Notes: generated from the sequence alone by a model not told the origin. DNA of 64,000 bases from Hormoscilla sp. (GCA_051439505.1 JBFRWI010000208.1:1-64000); one strand, 5' to 3'. Counted from the first letter of the stretch, positions 1-11,503 are shown. Made by a program: numbers and translations.

Positions 1-359
1 CCATCTGGTGCAACGGCATCTCTAACCACAACATCACCAGAGAACCCGAACAGATGGCGAATAATCATTATCCCATCCGTCAGCGCTTCCAGTCTGCCAT
101 TGCGATCGATATCCAGAACCAAAAACCCTTCTTCATTATTAGCGATCGTCACATCAAAAGGCGCGATATCGCCCAAGAGAACCTGCTCAAAATTACCCTC
201 AAGCAAATTCGAGCCCCGCATTTCGAGGGCGATCGCACTTTGGCCGCTCCCCAAACCCGGTATCATATCAGTACCCAGCAGCAGTTCGTCACCGGTACTT
301 CCCACAAGTCCCGTCGAGCGATCGTTCCCGAAACCCAAAATATCCAATTCCTTATCCAT
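1..359 (-). CDS. N-terminal part of a protein with a dockerin-like Ca-binding 'LDIDxNG..ALTDG..RHLFGF' repeat; runs off the window start
   Basis: Manual translation of the - strand from ATG 359 (AGGGAG upstream): MDKELDILGFG...LVLDIDRNGRLEALTDGIMIIRHLFGFSGDVVVRDAVAPD; open to position 1; the same motif occurs twice in the peroxidase at 12122-14398. Confidence 0.7.
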   Translation of the reverse strand, partial: MDKELDILGFGNDRSTGLVGSTGDELLLGTDMIPGLGSGQSAIALEMRGSNLLEGNFEQVLLGDIAPFDVTIANNEEGFLVLDIDRNGRLEALTDGIMIIRHLFGFSGDVVVRDAVAPD

Positions 360-435
360 AATCAACTCCCTCATGAATTAGGTTCAGAGCAAACCGTTCG
401 CAGTAAACACTTTAGTGTTTGCCGTTCGTAGCCGT

Positions 436-458
436 TCGTAGTAAACACTTTAGTGTTT
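436..458. repeat. REP-like palindrome family G (TTCGTAGTAARCACTTTAGTGYTT)
   Basis: Related copies at ~397-420, ~2545-2565, ~22045, 33580-33603 and ~57066-57086. Confidence 0.7.
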
Positions 459-809
459 GCCGCCAACCTCGTATATACCCGCATATAGATATAAACCATC
501 ATATCCCCAATAGAGCCCGAGTACCCGCCTCTTCATAAAACTTAACATCTTGTAATCTTTCTGCAAACATAGTTAAAAAAGCTCAAACAAGGCCCAGAAA
601 TACAATTCAAGGCCCCAAAGGGCGATCGCCAGTTTAGCCAGCTAATCCCATTTTTAAAAAACAATACTACAATTACTTGAACAGTATTTATCAGTCTATT
701 TTAACTCATATCTCATATCTTGTACCATTTGCAACTAGACGCAGAGCCTCTATAATTGTTCCCAGGGGTCGCCAGTAGGAACGGGGGAATTACTTGAACA
801 TTATTTATC

Positions 810-863
810 AGTCGGTTTTCAACCGACTTTAGCTATTAGCCGGGGGTTTGAACCCCCGGCGGG
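810..863. repeat. Double-hairpin repeat family D (AGTCGGTTTTCAACCGACT-TTAGCTATTA-GCCGGGGGTTTGAACCCCCGGC)
   Basis: Near-identical copy at 41089-41143; related copies at ~14497-14550, 16525-16580, 31670-31727, 38495-38572, 40790-40853, 60151-60215. Confidence 0.8.
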
Positions 864-898
864 ATAACAGCGAAGTGACTAACTCGTTCTCACGTCGA

Positions 899-2379
899 TC
901 AAATACTTTTGTTCCAGTATTCTAACCCAGTCAAAATTACATCTTCTAACCACTGCTGGAAACGCGCTCTTAAATTCCCCTCTGCATCTGCATAAGAAAA
1001 CTGGAACGGAGAGTCAGTTAGAGATTGGATATCACTAATATTGCTTTCTCCCTCTTCAGAGTCATCCCGATGATAAGCACATGCAGTACATGCAAGAATA
1101 CCTCGGTATTCACGTCCGAGAACGTGGAAGGACAGCAAAAGCGTTATCGAAGTTTCTACATTAATAACTAACTGTATCCAACCATGGTAGTTCCGAAGAT
1201 TAGCAAAGTAACCCAACTGCTTTGCCGTCTCTACAACTTGGTAGCGATGGTAAGCCGATCGCGGATCCCCAGCAGGAGCAGAAATGGTCAAAACCTCTGC
1301 TGCACTGACAAAATTCCGGACAGATAGCTTAATTTCATCAGCAACCTCTTGGAACCGCATGGAAGCCATATCGAATAAAATTGAGGCGAAACTTTCAGCC
1401 TGGTTGCATCGCTCTTGAATAGATGCTGACTGATTTTGTTTCAATTTCTCCGCAATAGAAGAAATAATCACTTGAGTGCGTCGGGCCTCCGAGAGAACCT
1501 GCTCAGACAAACCGAGACTTCTCAGAAAAGCTTGCTTTTGGCTCTTGGCAAACAGCTTAATTAAGTCCGACAAATTACCCCGATCGGCCTCTGATAAAGC
1601 TGCTATATAGACCGCCCGATCGTCCCGGGTGAGGACCAAAGGAAACCAACTAGCTTGGATGAAGACTAAACTAGCCAAACAACGAGCAACGCGACCATTA
1701 CCATCCTGAAAAGGGTGAATTTGTGTAAAGCGATGATGCAACCAAGCTGATTCAATTTCCGGAGGAACATTTTCCTGACGATGTTCATGATGCAGTGCAA
1801 TCAATCTATCCATTTCCGATGCCACCTGTTCGGGAGGACAGTATTCATGAACAGTACCATCTGGTCGCAAAGGATGGGTGCATCTCACTTTCGCAAAGGT
1901 ACATTGATAATTTAGCCCGCGCAGGCGGGCTTTGTTCCGGTAGCCCCACCCTTTAGGGTGAGGGTGATGCAAATATGAGATGCTCTGGGTGAGCAGTTGA
2001 TGTAACTGCTTGATATAAGAATTTGATAAAGTTCTCTGTCCGCCGACAAATCGAACAGCCCCTCAATGGCCGCTTCTTGATCTTTAATGAGAGAAATAAC
2101 TTGCTCGATCGGGCGATCGGTGGCACCATGGGGAATCAACGCCTCATTAATACCCTGTTCGATCAACAAACGAGTAATGCCCCTGTCTAGACTATACAAA
2201 CGCTCAATTATTCCCGTTTCAATGGCTATTTCCCGGTGTAGCTTCTCCTGAAAAACTTGAAACTCACCAGATTTTCGCAGGCGATCGGCCTGTTCGTTCC
2301 AGACAGTTACCAAAGGTGGCAATTCAGAACTTGCCAAATTCTGCCAGTCCCATGGTAAGTCTGCGATCGGTTGCCACAT
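899..2379 (-). pseudogene. Fic family protein with a 1-bp frameshift and an internal MITE
   Basis: Fic motif HPFQDGNGRVAR in ORF 899-1972; N-terminus MWQPIADL... in ORF 1912-2505; adding one T at 2048-2050 (GATTTGTC to GATTTTGTC) joins the frames as DFVGGQRTLSNSYIKQLHQLL. Confidence 0.8.
1877..1985. mobile_element. MITE-like element with GCATCTCA...TGAGATGC ends carrying a family C palindrome, inside the Fic gene
   Basis: GGTGCATCTCA at 1877 and TGAGATGC at 1976; internal TAGCCCGCGCAGGCGGGCT hairpin; similar ends at ~56925-57040 and ~60217. Confidence 0.65.
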
Positions 2380-2571
2380 AAACCCTTCTCCACACATATC
2401 ATGTCTGATTAAATCACTATAATAAAATTTCGAGCATCTGTAGGTTGGGTTGAGGCACGAAACCCAACGGTGGTAAGCCCTATTGAGTTTCGCTGCCCTT
2501 GACAAATTTACCTTGATGTGTTAAGTGCGATCGGGCCAGCAAACACGCTTCGTGTTTACTACGAACCGCAA

Positions 2572-2814
2572 CTATTCAATAATTTCATCGTATTGATTGA
2601 TATCGCCTTCTGGACGGTGTTTCATCGAGAGCAAAATCTCATCTAATGGAGTTCTGTCTAGCCATTCATGGCGTTCTTGGGTATAATCTCCCTGACCGGG
2701 GCTAAAATATTGAATAAACCGAATTGTATCGACAACTCCCAAGGAATCGAGTAAAGCTTGATATCCTTGTCTGACAATATCATGTTGAGTTTTAGTCATG
2801 CTCGTCATCCTCAA
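2572..2814 (-). CDS. Small conserved hypothetical protein (antitoxin-like)
   Basis: GYQALLDSLGVVDTIRFIQYFSPGQGDYTQERH resembles a widespread family usually paired with PIN-domain genes. Confidence 0.55.
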   Translation of the reverse strand: MRMTSMTKTQHDIVRQGYQALLDSLGVVDTIRFIQYFSPGQGDYTQERHEWLDRTPLDEILLSMKHRPEGDINQYDEIIE

Positions 2815-2900
2815 TTTGTGAATACTCCCAAAGGGCTAGACTGGCGAAAATGGATAAGAACCTGTCATTGCGAGGGGTGCATCTGGTATGCATGACATTC

Positions 2901-2981
2901 GTAGGTTGGGTTGTGGAAAGTTACCCAACAAGCACAACAACAACATTTATTTGTTGGGTTTCGTGCCTCAACCCAACCTAC
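2901..2981. repeat. REPIN-like inverted pair of GTAG-type REP family A (GTAGGTTGGGTTGAGGCACGAAACCCAAC)
   Basis: Two inverted copies around a spacer; single copies at 2440-2468, ~14674-14699, 38455-38482, ~41001-41030. Confidence 0.8.
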
Positions 2982-3075
2982 GACTAAAGCATCCTCGTTC
3001 CCACGGATCTGCCTGGGACCGGTGGTACTGACGGTGCGATCGGGCCGGCCCTGGAGAGAACCAAGTAATTGAGAA

Positions 3076-3147
<72 letters not shown>

Positions 3148-3205
3148 TTATGAAAACTACTCTAACACAAAAATATCAAATTAGCCAAGGAAAAGAAAAA
3201 AAATT

Positions 3206-3937
3206 TCAATCATCTTGAGGAACCTCATCCCACAGAGAAGTAGTTTCCCGGATACTCAGATAGTCGCCATTACCCAGAATAATGTGGTCTAGCAGAGGAA
3301 TATCCAAAAACCGGGCCCCTTTCAACAGCTGGCGAGTCAGATCCAGATCCTCCTGACTCGGTTCGGTGCTACCAGTGGGATGATTGTGAGCGATAATCGC
3401 TCTAGTAGCCCCTTGGCGCAGCACCTCCCGGAAGATATCCCGAGGATGGGCCAAAGTCTGAGTGGCCGTCCCGATAGTAATCACCTTAGTAGCAAGCAAG
3501 CGATTTTTCACATCCAGCAGCACCACAGCAAAACGTTCCGTACTTTGCCACATCAACTCGTGACTGAGGGCCGCCGCCGCCGCCGCCGGACTATCGATCA
3601 CCGTTCGTTCCGCCGGACGAGACAAAAAAGCCCGCTTACCCAACTCCACCGCTGCCAGGATCGTCGTCGCCTTTGCCGGTCCCACCCCAGGAATTTTAAT
3701 CAACTCTTGGGGACTAATATCCCGCAGCAGTTCCAGAGGGTCCCGCTGACCTTGCCCCAACTGCTGTAATATATATTGTCCCAAACCCACAGCCGAGAGT
3801 TTACCCTTCCCCTGACCCGTACCCAGAAGGATAGCAAGTAATTCAGCGGTAGCCAGATTTTTCGCTCCCAACTCCAGTAAGCGTTCCCGGGGCCGTTCCG
3901 AAAGGGGGATATCAGCAATTCTCAGGCTATAGGTCAT
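3206..3937 (-). CDS. radC: RadC-like JAB/MPN domain protein
   Basis: ERPRERL N-terminus, Hh[23 protein letters not shown] and LLDHII motifs. Confidence 0.95.
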   Translation of the reverse strand: MTYSLRIADIPLSERPRERLLELGAKNLATAELLAILLGTGQGKGKLSAVGLGQYILQQLGQGQRDPLELLRDISPQELIKIPGVGPAKATTILAAVELGKRAFLSRPAERTVIDSPAAAAAALSHELMWQSTERFAVVLLDVKNRLLATKVITIGTATQTLAHPRDIFREVLRQGATRAIIAHNHPTGSTEPSQEDLDLTRQLLKGARFLDIPLLDHIILGNGDYLSIRETTSLWDEVPQDD

Positions 3938-3960
3938 CTCAATTGGCCAAAAAATCTCAA

Positions 3961-4344
3961 TTAATGATATATATTAGCAGCCTTAAACATGTGATAGGTA
4001 ATCAGCAACTGAGTGATCGCCAGAGGGTAACTTTGCAGAGTCTCCCCAGTAGTACCCGTCAGCTTACCAAGATCTTCATTACCTTGCAAACCACAGAATT
4101 GTCCCAGGTAAGGAACCTCGTCACAAAGGATCCGTTCCAGTTCCCTCACCTGTTCTGACGTAGCGTGACCGTCAACTTCCAGCACATCCACCGGTTTACC
4201 CATATCCCTGTCCAGTTCCAGGCGGATAGCAGAACCCAGGTGACCTTTATCGGGGTCGAGAATGGGAGTCCAGTCCGGATGAGGAATAGTCGGGCGGAGT
4301 ACCAGACATAATGCTTTCCTCGTTGAGCCGTTTGTAGTCAGCAC
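3961..4344 (-). CDS. Hypothetical protein directly downstream of tRNA-Val(TAC)
   Basis: 127-aa ORF with no recognisable motif; may be a remnant. Confidence 0.3.
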   Translation of the reverse strand: MLTTNGSTRKALCLVLRPTIPHPDWTPILDPDKGHLGSAIRLELDRDMGKPVDVLEVDGHATSEQVRELERILCDEVPYLGQFCGLQGNEDLGKLTGTTGETLQSYPLAITQLLITYHMFKAANIYH

Positions 4345-4396
4345 GAAGAGTGCTTGGTGTCTATCCTACATGTGCTACTCAACAGGGATCAAATAA

Positions 4397-4468
4397 TGGG
4401 CGGTACTGGATTTGAACCAGTGACGTCTTGCTTGTAAGGCAAGCGCTCTACCGCTGAGCTAACCGCCC
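4397..4468 (-). tRNA. tRNA-Val(TAC)
   Basis: Reverse complement GGGCGGTTAGCTCAGCGGTAGAGCGCTTGCCTTACAAGCAAGACGTCACTGGTTCAAATCCAGTACCGCCCA. Confidence 0.95.
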
Positions 4469-4537
4469 AACTCAACTTTACCCATCATAACCTGATAAAA
4501 TCCAGAATGTCAAGAGTTCGAGCAAAAATTTTTTCTG

Positions 4538-5122
4538 ATGCCCGCTGGCCGCACCCACGATCGCATTACCCTTTGGACATTGCCGGTAGTTACAGGTCTA
4601 GTTTTTCTGCTGACGGGGGGTAATAGCGAGTTGGCCTTATTAGTAGCGGCGGGATATTTCTTCAGTGGCCTGATGTTGAGTCCCGATCTGGATCTGCGAT
4701 CGCGTCCCTTTCACCGGTGGGGATGGTGCAAATGGATCTGGATACCATACCAGAAGGTCATGAGGCACCGGTCAATTTTCTCTCATGGTCCCATTATCGG
4801 CACCACCCTCAGAGTAATTTATCTCGCTTGCTGGTTGTCTCTGGTAGGAATTCTCGGTTTAGCACTGGTGCGCTTATTCTTCGATCGCCCTTCCAGCTTA
4901 CCCCGCTTCCTGCCCCAGCTGGGCCGAGCGCTCTGGATCTACCGGTGGCAAGCAGGGGCCTTTTTCCTGGGATTAGAACTGGGTGCCCTCAGCCATATTA
5001 TCGGCGATCGCACTGTCTCAACCTATAAAAAGTATCAAAAGTCGAGGAGAAAACCCTTGCCACCTGCGGGACGCAAAAAGCGTCAATCTCCCAGCAGGCG
5101 TAAAAGGCGCCAGCGTAAGTAA
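4538..5122 (+). CDS. DUF2227 family putative metal-binding membrane protein
   Basis: MPAGRTHDRITL, SPDLDL, HRSIFSHGPIIGT and ALSHIIGD motifs. Confidence 0.85.
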   Translation: MPAGRTHDRITLWTLPVVTGLVFLLTGGNSELALLVAAGYFFSGLMLSPDLDLRSRPFHRWGWCKWIWIPYQKVMRHRSIFSHGPIIGTTLRVIYLACWLSLVGILGLALVRLFFDRPSSLPRFLPQLGRALWIYRWQAGAFFLGLELGALSHIIGDRTVSTYKKYQKSRRKPLPPAGRKKRQSPSRRKRRQRK

Positions 5123-5344
5123 CGCCGCTCTCCGTTATGAATGTATGTAAAATATGTCACAAATAATCATCAATTCCGATAGATGCATAATTGCTCTGGA
5201 CAGCAAGCAATAGTTAATATAGCTGGGCGATGTATCCGGAGGGCGATCGCCCGACTGGAAAGAACAGAAAAGCAGGGAGCTAAAACTGGCGCAGATGCGT
5301 CAAGAACAAAGGTAGGCCCGATCGGGCGATAATAGGAAAAACAG

Positions 5345-5692
5345 ATGGAAACTCAAGAAACTCAAATAACTCAAGATCTGCGGGCGATCGCGACCAAAAC
5401 AATCTGGTCCTATGCAACGGGAATGATAGCATTGAGCATGATATTCGGTCCCACAGCGATGAAAAGCGGGCTGCTGCCCCTTACCATAGTAGCAGGGGCA
5501 GCGGGTGGCACGGCAGCAGTATGGCGATCGCCCGATCGCCAGTCCCAGAAAAAGCTCTCCCAAGGGATGGCGATGAAGCAGCTAGAGCAAAGGGTGGCGG
5601 ACCTAGAGACGATCGCCAGTGCGGAAGGATTAGATTTCGAGTACAGAATGAAAAGGTTAGAGTCACAGGGAGAAGGGAACTGTAATGAATAG
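5345..5692 (+). CDS. Hypothetical two-TM protein with C-terminal coiled coil
   Basis: IWSYATGMIALSMIF hydrophobic stretch; LEQRVADLETIAS. Confidence 0.7.
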   Translation: METQETQITQDLRAIATKTIWSYATGMIALSMIFGPTAMKSGLLPLTIVAGAAGGTAAVWRSPDRQSQKKLSQGMAMKQLEQRVADLETIASAEGLDFEYRMKRLESQGEGNCNE

Positions 5693-5873
5693 CAATTTGG
5701 GGTTAATCTTAAAAGTATTAATGGCATCGCTCATGATAGCGATCGCCATCAAATACTGGGGACCACAGCTATCAGTACCCGCCACAGGACCGATAGCCTT
5801 GACAGCAGTGCTGCTGCCGACGATAATAGTAGCGATCGCCCTAGGTTGGCGAGCTACAAGAGAGCAAGGATAA
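5685..5873 (+). CDS. Small hypothetical membrane protein
   Basis: Two TM segments with IKYWGP; overlaps both neighbours. Confidence 0.7.
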   Translation: MNSNLGLILKVLMASLMIAIAIKYWGPQLSVPATGPIALTAVLLPTIIVAIALGWRATREQG

Positions 5874-7066
5874 TGCGAACGATTGCCGAAATCAACGATA
5901 AAATCAGCCGCAAACAGGCAGTAGTGCGGACAGTAGAGGAAGTAAAGGCGCGAGTAGCAGAAGTTGGCGTTACCCAGGTAGCCAAGGAAGTGGATGCGAT
6001 CGTCACGGGCACCTTTGAGCCAATGGAGTCTTCCGGTGCGATAATCAACCTGGGACAGACCGATCCGCCGATCAAAATTCGCTCCTGCTGGTTAGATGGC
6101 GTCCCTGCCTATTCCGGTTTTGGACCGGTAGATTTATATGTGGGAGCAACCGAACCAGTGGATACCCAGAAAGGGGAAGATGCCAGAGATGCAAGAGAAA
6201 GGGGTGGCGCTCATGTAATAGCAGACATGATTGCGGGAAAAAATGTGGATCTGCGAGCGATCGGACAGGTAACAGATTGCTATCCGAGAGCATCCTTGGA
6301 AACCACAATTAGCAGCAAGACCATTAACCAATTTTATCTATTCAATCCTCGCAATCTGTACCAGAATTTTATTGTGGGTGTCAATGGAGGCGATCGCACC
6401 CTATTTACCTACCTCGGTCCCTTACATCCGCAACTGGGAAACGCCGTCTACTGCAACACCGGAGCTGTTTCTCCCCTATTCAATGACCCCAAACTGCAAG
6501 TGATTGGCATTGGCAGCCGGATATTATTAGGAGGTGCGATCGGGTACGTTACTTGGGAAGGCACTCAGCATTTCCCTTTACAAAAACGCCTGCCCAATGA
6601 TACACCAATAGGTCCAGCGGCCACCCTGGCTTTGATTGGGGATGCCAAGCAAATGAACCCAAAGTGGGTACGGGCCTGCTACTTCAAAAATTACGGTCCC
6701 TCCTTAATGCTGGGGGTCGCTGTGCCCCTACCAGTATGCACCGAAGAAGTCGTACAGCATTGTGCCGTCGAAGACAAAGACCTAGTGGCCCCCGTAGTAG
6801 ATTTTGCCATCCCCCGGCGGGTCCGTCCCACCTTTGGACTGGTCAGCTACGCCCAGTTAAAAAGTGGGAAGATCGTCATTGATGGCAAAGCAGTTAGAGT
6901 TGCCCCCCTGGCCAGTATCTTTCTCTCTCGTCAAGTTGCCCTAGAATTAAAAGAATGGATTACATCTGGCAAATTTACTTTTACCGAACCCGTAGCCCCA
7001 ATTCCCATGGACCGATCTTTTCTACCTCAAGACCGGTTGGGTTCTCAGGAAATGGAAATTGAATAG
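5873..7066 (+). CDS. Homocysteine biosynthesis protein (DUF39 family)
   Basis: MRTIAEINDKI, TGTFEPMESSGA, NPRNLYQN and TYLGPL motifs. Confidence 0.9.
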   Translation: MRTIAEINDKISRKQAVVRTVEEVKARVAEVGVTQVAKEVDAIVTGTFEPMESSGAIINLGQTDPPIKIRSCWLDGVPAYSGFGPVDLYVGATEPVDTQKGEDARDARERGGAHVIADMIAGKNVDLRAIGQVTDCYPRASLETTISSKTINQFYLFNPRNLYQNFIVGVNGGDRTLFTYLGPLHPQLGNAVYCNTGAVSPLFNDPKLQVIGIGSRILLGGAIGYVTWEGTQHFPLQKRLPNDTPIGPAATLALIGDAKQMNPKWVRACYFKNYGPSLMLGVAVPLPVCTEEVVQHCAVEDKDLVAPVVDFAIPRRVRPTFGLVSYAQLKSGKIVIDGKAVRVAPLASIFLSRQVALELKEWITSGKFTFTEPVAPIPMDRSFLPQDRLGSQEMEIE

Positions 7067-7295
7067 GCGATATTGTCGATCGCCTCAGTAAAGTCTAAGC
7101 CTAATTTGCTCAATTTTCACAAATAATTTGTGATTGTGATAATTGCCTCGTGACCAGGGTCTCCCTGGTCACGTTTGTTTGAGTATCTGCCTCCCTGTCT
7201 GGACCAGAACCCGGTATGAGCAAAAAACCGGGTTTCTGGAATTCATGCTTGAGATGTACCCGATCGCAATACTTCGTAGGTTTTGCATATAGGTT

Positions 7296-7505
7296 GTCAT
7301 TGCGAGGGGGGGTACCGTGGCGATTAAGTTATGGTTTGCGAGTTAACCCCCCCCCCGTTAGCGCAGCGGCGCGACGCAGGAGCGCTAGCAATCCCCCTCG
7401 CGACATATGAGATGAAGATCTCTGCGGTGTCGTCGGTGAGATTGCTTCGGGGGATATAAGCGGAGAGCCCTAAAATGTCGGTTTTGGTTTCCCCCTCGCA
7501 ATGAC
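7296..7505. repeat. REP-like composite family E (GTCATTGCGAGGGG...CCCCTCGCAATGAC)
   Basis: Terminal inverted repeats with internal GCAATC/GATTGC; related inverted copy at 17520-17696; half copy at ~2865. Confidence 0.8.
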
Positions 7506-7557
7506 AGATTGTATCCCTTGAAGTATTGGGACCGATCGCCTTGCAGGCAGCAATCTT

Positions 7558-8427
7558 CTATTCGGGAGAGTTTGGCTTGCGGGGGCGGGAGGGTTTAGAG
7601 ATGGGTTTGCCAGGCTCTCCAGATGTTTGGCGATCGCCAATACCGGGTGTACGTGTATATCCTTTGGGCTTTTTGAAGCCCCCGGGACCGTTCTTCTGGG
7701 AAAATTTCTTTTTCTTGAACTTGCTAGCCAGAGCAGCAATAGCAGTGCCCGACTGAATTACCAGGTCGTTTCCCTGTCGCTGCACGTCAAATTCCCAGAA
7801 GTGATTTAAAACCTTGCCCGAGAGGACGCCCTTTAGATTCAGCTTAAAAGACTTGGGGCGCTCTTCTTTTTTGCGGGGGGCCTGATGAAGCTTGACAACT
7901 ACCTCCTCTTTCTCTTGGGAACTATAGACCACCTCACCCCGAATCGAAAAATAGCCATCTTCAAAATGGGCAGTATCGGCGATCTTGCTTTTATCGATAG
8001 CCTTATTTTTGATCAGCGTTTCTGGCTCCCAGACCCCGACAATTTGGGTATGTAAATCTTGTTCCTTCTCACGGGTGCGGGGATAGACCACCCACAGGTG
8101 TTCTTCCTCTAGGTTCATGTGCTTCCTCAACAGACTCATGATCCGACCGAGTAGCACTGCATGGATCGCGGTGCCATCAGAAGCTGTCAGGGTGCCTTGG
8201 TTGAATTGGGTGGGCAAGGGGGTATATCGACCCCGGACCAAGCCAATGGCTCGGTACTGCTTCGGTTCGGTGGGAGGAGAAATAGGTTGTGGCCGAGGTC
8301 TTGGCGGTTCGGGATGCAGTAGTGCTGGCTTTTCCTTCACTGGTGGGCTGACCTTGGCCTCTTGACCACCGTCAACTGGTGGAGTTGGGCGAGATTTTTC
8401 TTCCTTGGATAAAGACTCAGAAGTCAT
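7558..8427 (-). CDS. Conserved cyanobacterial hypothetical protein
   Basis: PTEPKQYRAIGLVRGRY, HLWVVYPRTR and FSIRGEVV motifs. Confidence 0.8.
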   Translation of the reverse strand: MTSESLSKEEKSRPTPPVDGGQEAKVSPPVKEKPALLHPEPPRPRPQPISPPTEPKQYRAIGLVRGRYTPLPTQFNQGTLTASDGTAIHAVLLGRIMSLLRKHMNLEEEHLWVVYPRTREKEQDLHTQIVGVWEPETLIKNKAIDKSKIADTAHFEDGYFSIRGEVVYSSQEKEEVVVKLHQAPRKKEERPKSFKLNLKGVLSGKVLNHFWEFDVQRQGNDLVIQSGTAIAALASKFKKKKFSQKNGPGGFKKPKGYTRTPGIGDRQTSGEPGKPISKPSRPRKPNSPE

Positions 8428-8814
8428 AGACTTGAATTCAAGCGGTCAGGATGATTACGTTCGTCTGCCTATTGTACTGTTCTTGAGCGAGAACGCCCAC
8501 TTAAGCAATTCAAAATTCTTGCATGAGCGCAATTCTCTATTGGGAAAGTACCGCCAGATTACCTTCGCAGTCGGACCTAAGCTTGACTCTGGCGTGTAAA
8601 GTTTTGTAAACTTAGTTCAAACCCTTTAGCTGTGGGAATTTCGAGTATCCTGTTCAAACTCCTCCTGCACCCAGAAGAACTAAGAACTACCAATCGCGCT
8701 CTGCTCAACAACGGCTCGACAAGTAGGATTATCTTCTGAATGCAAGAAATGCCAGAGTTATCCGGAACGGTGGGTACAGCAGTTAAAATGACATTAGAGT
8801 TCAAGGGGGATGGC

Positions 8815-9666
8815 GTGAGCAAAAAGCGCATTAACTGGATAGTCTATTTGATGTTGGTGGTGGCAATTACTGCCTTAGTGGGGTCTTCCATGATTCCGGT
8901 GTTTGGTAATGCCTTGATGGCTAAACAGCGTGTCTTACGGTCAGTCCAGACGACCGCAGCAGGGACAGGAAATCCCGCCCTCACGGACTCCCGGCGAGGG
9001 GAGTTGGCATCTCAGGCCCGTGGTTATGAACTGGTCCTAGAACGAGAGCCGGAAAATCAGACGGCCCTACGGGGATTGCTAGAGGTGCGCCTGGAGTTAC
9101 ATGATATTCCCGGGACGATCGCGCCTTTGACAAAACTGGCCGAGTTGCACCCGGAGGAGGCGAATTACGGGCTGTTGCTGGCTCAAGCACATGAGTACAT
9201 GGGCTCGCGCCAGCCTGCGGAAAATGCCTATAGTCAGGTGTTGGCTGCTCATCCCGGTCAGATGAATGCTCTCCAAGGTTTGGTGAACCTGCGGTTGTCC
9301 GCCCTCGATCCCCAAGGGGCGATCGAGTTGCTAGAAGATAGTCTCAAGCAGGCTACTCAAGCGAACCAGTTGCAACCGGGAACTGCCGATACTATTTCGA
9401 TTAAACTGCTGTTGGGACGGGTTTATGCGTCGGACCAACGCTACCCAGAGGCGATCGCGGTCTACGATCAGGCCATAGAAGAGGACCGCAATGATTTTCG
9501 ACCCGTGCTAGCTAAAGCTATTGTCCTCAAAACTCAGGGTAAAACTGAGGAAGCTCAACTTCTGTTTTCTCAGGCTGCTTCCTTAGCACCAGCTCAGTAT
9601 CAGGAGCAAATCAATCAGCTAGCAGCGGAGTCCGATCCGGAAACTGCCGAAACTAGCGAACAGTGA
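8815..9666 (+). CDS. Tetratricopeptide repeat protein with N-terminal TM
   Basis: GYELVLEREPENQTALRGL and DFRPVLAKA; TPR helices; start uncertain. Confidence 0.85.
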   Translation: MSKKRINWIVYLMLVVAITALVGSSMIPVFGNALMAKQRVLRSVQTTAAGTGNPALTDSRRGELASQARGYELVLEREPENQTALRGLLEVRLELHDIPGTIAPLTKLAELHPEEANYGLLLAQAHEYMGSRQPAENAYSQVLAAHPGQMNALQGLVNLRLSALDPQGAIELLEDSLKQATQANQLQPGTADTISIKLLLGRVYASDQRYPEAIAVYDQAIEEDRNDFRPVLAKAIVLKTQGKTEEAQLLFSQAASLAPAQYQEQINQLAAESDPETAETSEQ

Positions 9667-9728
9667 ACGGTGGCCAGTACCTTGACCCTGACCACCAACA
9701 ACTGACCGCTAACAACTGACCATTTACC

Positions 9729-11456
9729 TTAATATTTCCGTTCTTGGGGCTCAAACATGGTCATAGTTACGGGTAGATAACTCAAGTCTATGCCTGCGGG
9801 GGAATAGTAAGCCATTGTATGCTGTCCGAACTTGCTGTCGTCTCGCTGGGGATAGTCTTCGCGGTAATGAGCCCCCCGACTTTCTTGTCGGTTGATAGCT
9901 GAGGTGAGGATCGTCTGTCCGACAATCATGATGCTGCGTAGTTCTAAGGCTTCGATGATTTCGGTGTTCCAAAGACTGCCTCGATCGTCTAAATAGATTT
10001 GGCTGAATTGCTGTTGCAACTCTTGCAGTTTGTTTAACCCCTCATTCATCAGTTCTTCGGTTCTGAAGACCCCACAATACTGACTCATGCAATCTTGAAA
10101 GTCTTGACGAACTTGGTTAATTCGATACTCCCCTTGCTGGTCTAATAAACCTTTAATTTGCTTTCGGGCTTCTGTTAAATAGAATTGTTCGTCTAGTTCG
10201 GGAAGCTTGCGGTTTTGGACAAATTCTGCGATGGCAGCACCCGTCCGTTTGCCGTAAACGACGCATTCTAGCAAAGAATTACTGCCCAGACGATTGGCAC
10301 CATGTACGGAAACACAGGCAGATTCACCGGCGGCAAAGAAGGAATCTACGAAACCGCTATTGCTGCTGCGGACCTGACCGTCGGTATTGACGGGAATGCC
10401 GCCCATGGAGTAATGTGCTGTGGGACGCACGGGAATCGGTTGTTCGACGGCGTCTACCCCTGCTAGTCGGTGGGCTTCTTCCCAGCAGAAGGGCACCCGA
10501 GACATGATTTTCTCTCGTCCCATGTGGCGCAAGTCCAGATAGACGAAGGGACCACCGGCATTGCCCTGGAGATCGATGCCGCGACTGGCCCGCAGTTCCC
10601 GGGCGATCGCGCGAGAGGTAATGTCTCGGGGGGCTAGTTCCATCCTGCTGGGGGCGTAGTTGGCCATGAAGCGATCGCCTTCGGAGTTAATCAGATAGGC
10701 ACCTTCTCCCCGGACTGCTTCAGAAATCAGCACTCCGACAGGATACAATCCCGTGGGATGAAACTGGACAAATTCCATATCCTCTAGGGGTACGCCAGCA
10801 ACTGCGGCCATGGCCAGACCATCTCCAGTGGAAGCAAAATCATTGGAAGTGGTATTGAAGACTCGGCCATAGCCGCCGGTGGCAAACATGACTGCTTTGG
10901 CCCGTACTACCTCTAGCTTGCCATCCAAAATGTGGTACATGACAATGCCTTTGGCCTGACCATCTTCTAAAATCAGGCGCATCACGTACCATTCTTCATA
11001 GACCTGGACTCCATTGCGCCGCAGGTTGTTAACCAGTTCGTGGAGAATGGCGTGACCTGTTTTATCGGCGGCGTAGCAGGTGCGATCGTGGGAATGACCG
11101 CCAAAGGGGCGTTGGGCAATTCTCCCATCTGGTAAGCGGGAGAATAACACTCCCATATGTTCCAGGTCGATGATGACATCGGGAGCTTCTCGCGTGAGTA
11201 TTTCTACGGCATCTTGGTCTGCTAGATAGTCGGAACCTTTGACCGTATCAAAGGCATGGGCTTCCCAACTGTCTTGGGTATCTACATTTTTGAGGCTAGC
11301 GGCAATACCCCCCTGGGCCGCCACCGAGTGGGAACGAATGGGGTGGGTTTTGGCAACTATGGCCACATTTAAGCTGGGATCTCGGCGGGCAATTTCTACG
11401 GCGGCGCGACATCCAGCTAGTCCACCGCCGACGATAATCACATCATGTTCTCGCAT
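9729..11456 (-). CDS. sdhA: Succinate dehydrogenase/fumarate reductase flavoprotein subunit
   Basis: [22 protein letters not shown] and [12 protein letters not shown] motifs. Confidence 0.97.
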   Translation of the reverse strand: MREHDVIIVGGGLAGCRAAVEIARRDPSLNVAIVAKTHPIRSHSVAAQGGIAASLKNVDTQDSWEAHAFDTVKGSDYLADQDAVEILTREAPDVIIDLEHMGVLFSRLPDGRIAQRPFGGHSHDRTCYAADKTGHAILHELVNNLRRNGVQVYEEWYVMRLILEDGQAKGIVMYHILDGKLEVVRAKAVMFATGGYGRVFNTTSNDFASTGDGLAMAAVAGVPLEDMEFVQFHPTGLYPVGVLISEAVRGEGAYLINSEGDRFMANYAPSRMELAPRDITSRAIARELRASRGIDLQGNAGGPFVYLDLRHMGREKIMSRVPFCWEEAHRLAGVDAVEQPIPVRPTAHYSMGGIPVNTDGQVRSSNSGFVDSFFAAGESACVSVHGANRLGSNSLLECVVYGKRTGAAIAEFVQNRKLPELDEQFYLTEARKQIKGLLDQQGEYRINQVRQDFQDCMSQYCGVFRTEELMNEGLNKLQELQQQFSQIYLDDRGSLWNTEIIEALELRSIMIVGQTILTSAINRQESRGAHYREDYPQRDDSKFGQHTMAYYSPAGIDLSYLPVTMTMFEPQERKY

Positions 11457-11503
11457 TTTGGGTTTGGTGTCTCCTGTTCTTTGTTGAGTTTATCGCGTTC
11501 GCC

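Noticed and set aside
54..431. Plus-strand ORFs 54-431 and 100-381
   Set aside because: They are shadows of the minus-strand dockerin-repeat gene
1877..1985. Intron or intein in the Fic gene
   Set aside because: It is too short and is composed of dispersed repeat sequence
7216..7410. Short ORFs here and at 17456-17701, 21878-22108, 31345-31557 and 62272-62623
   Set aside because: They are translations of palindromic repeats with no coding support
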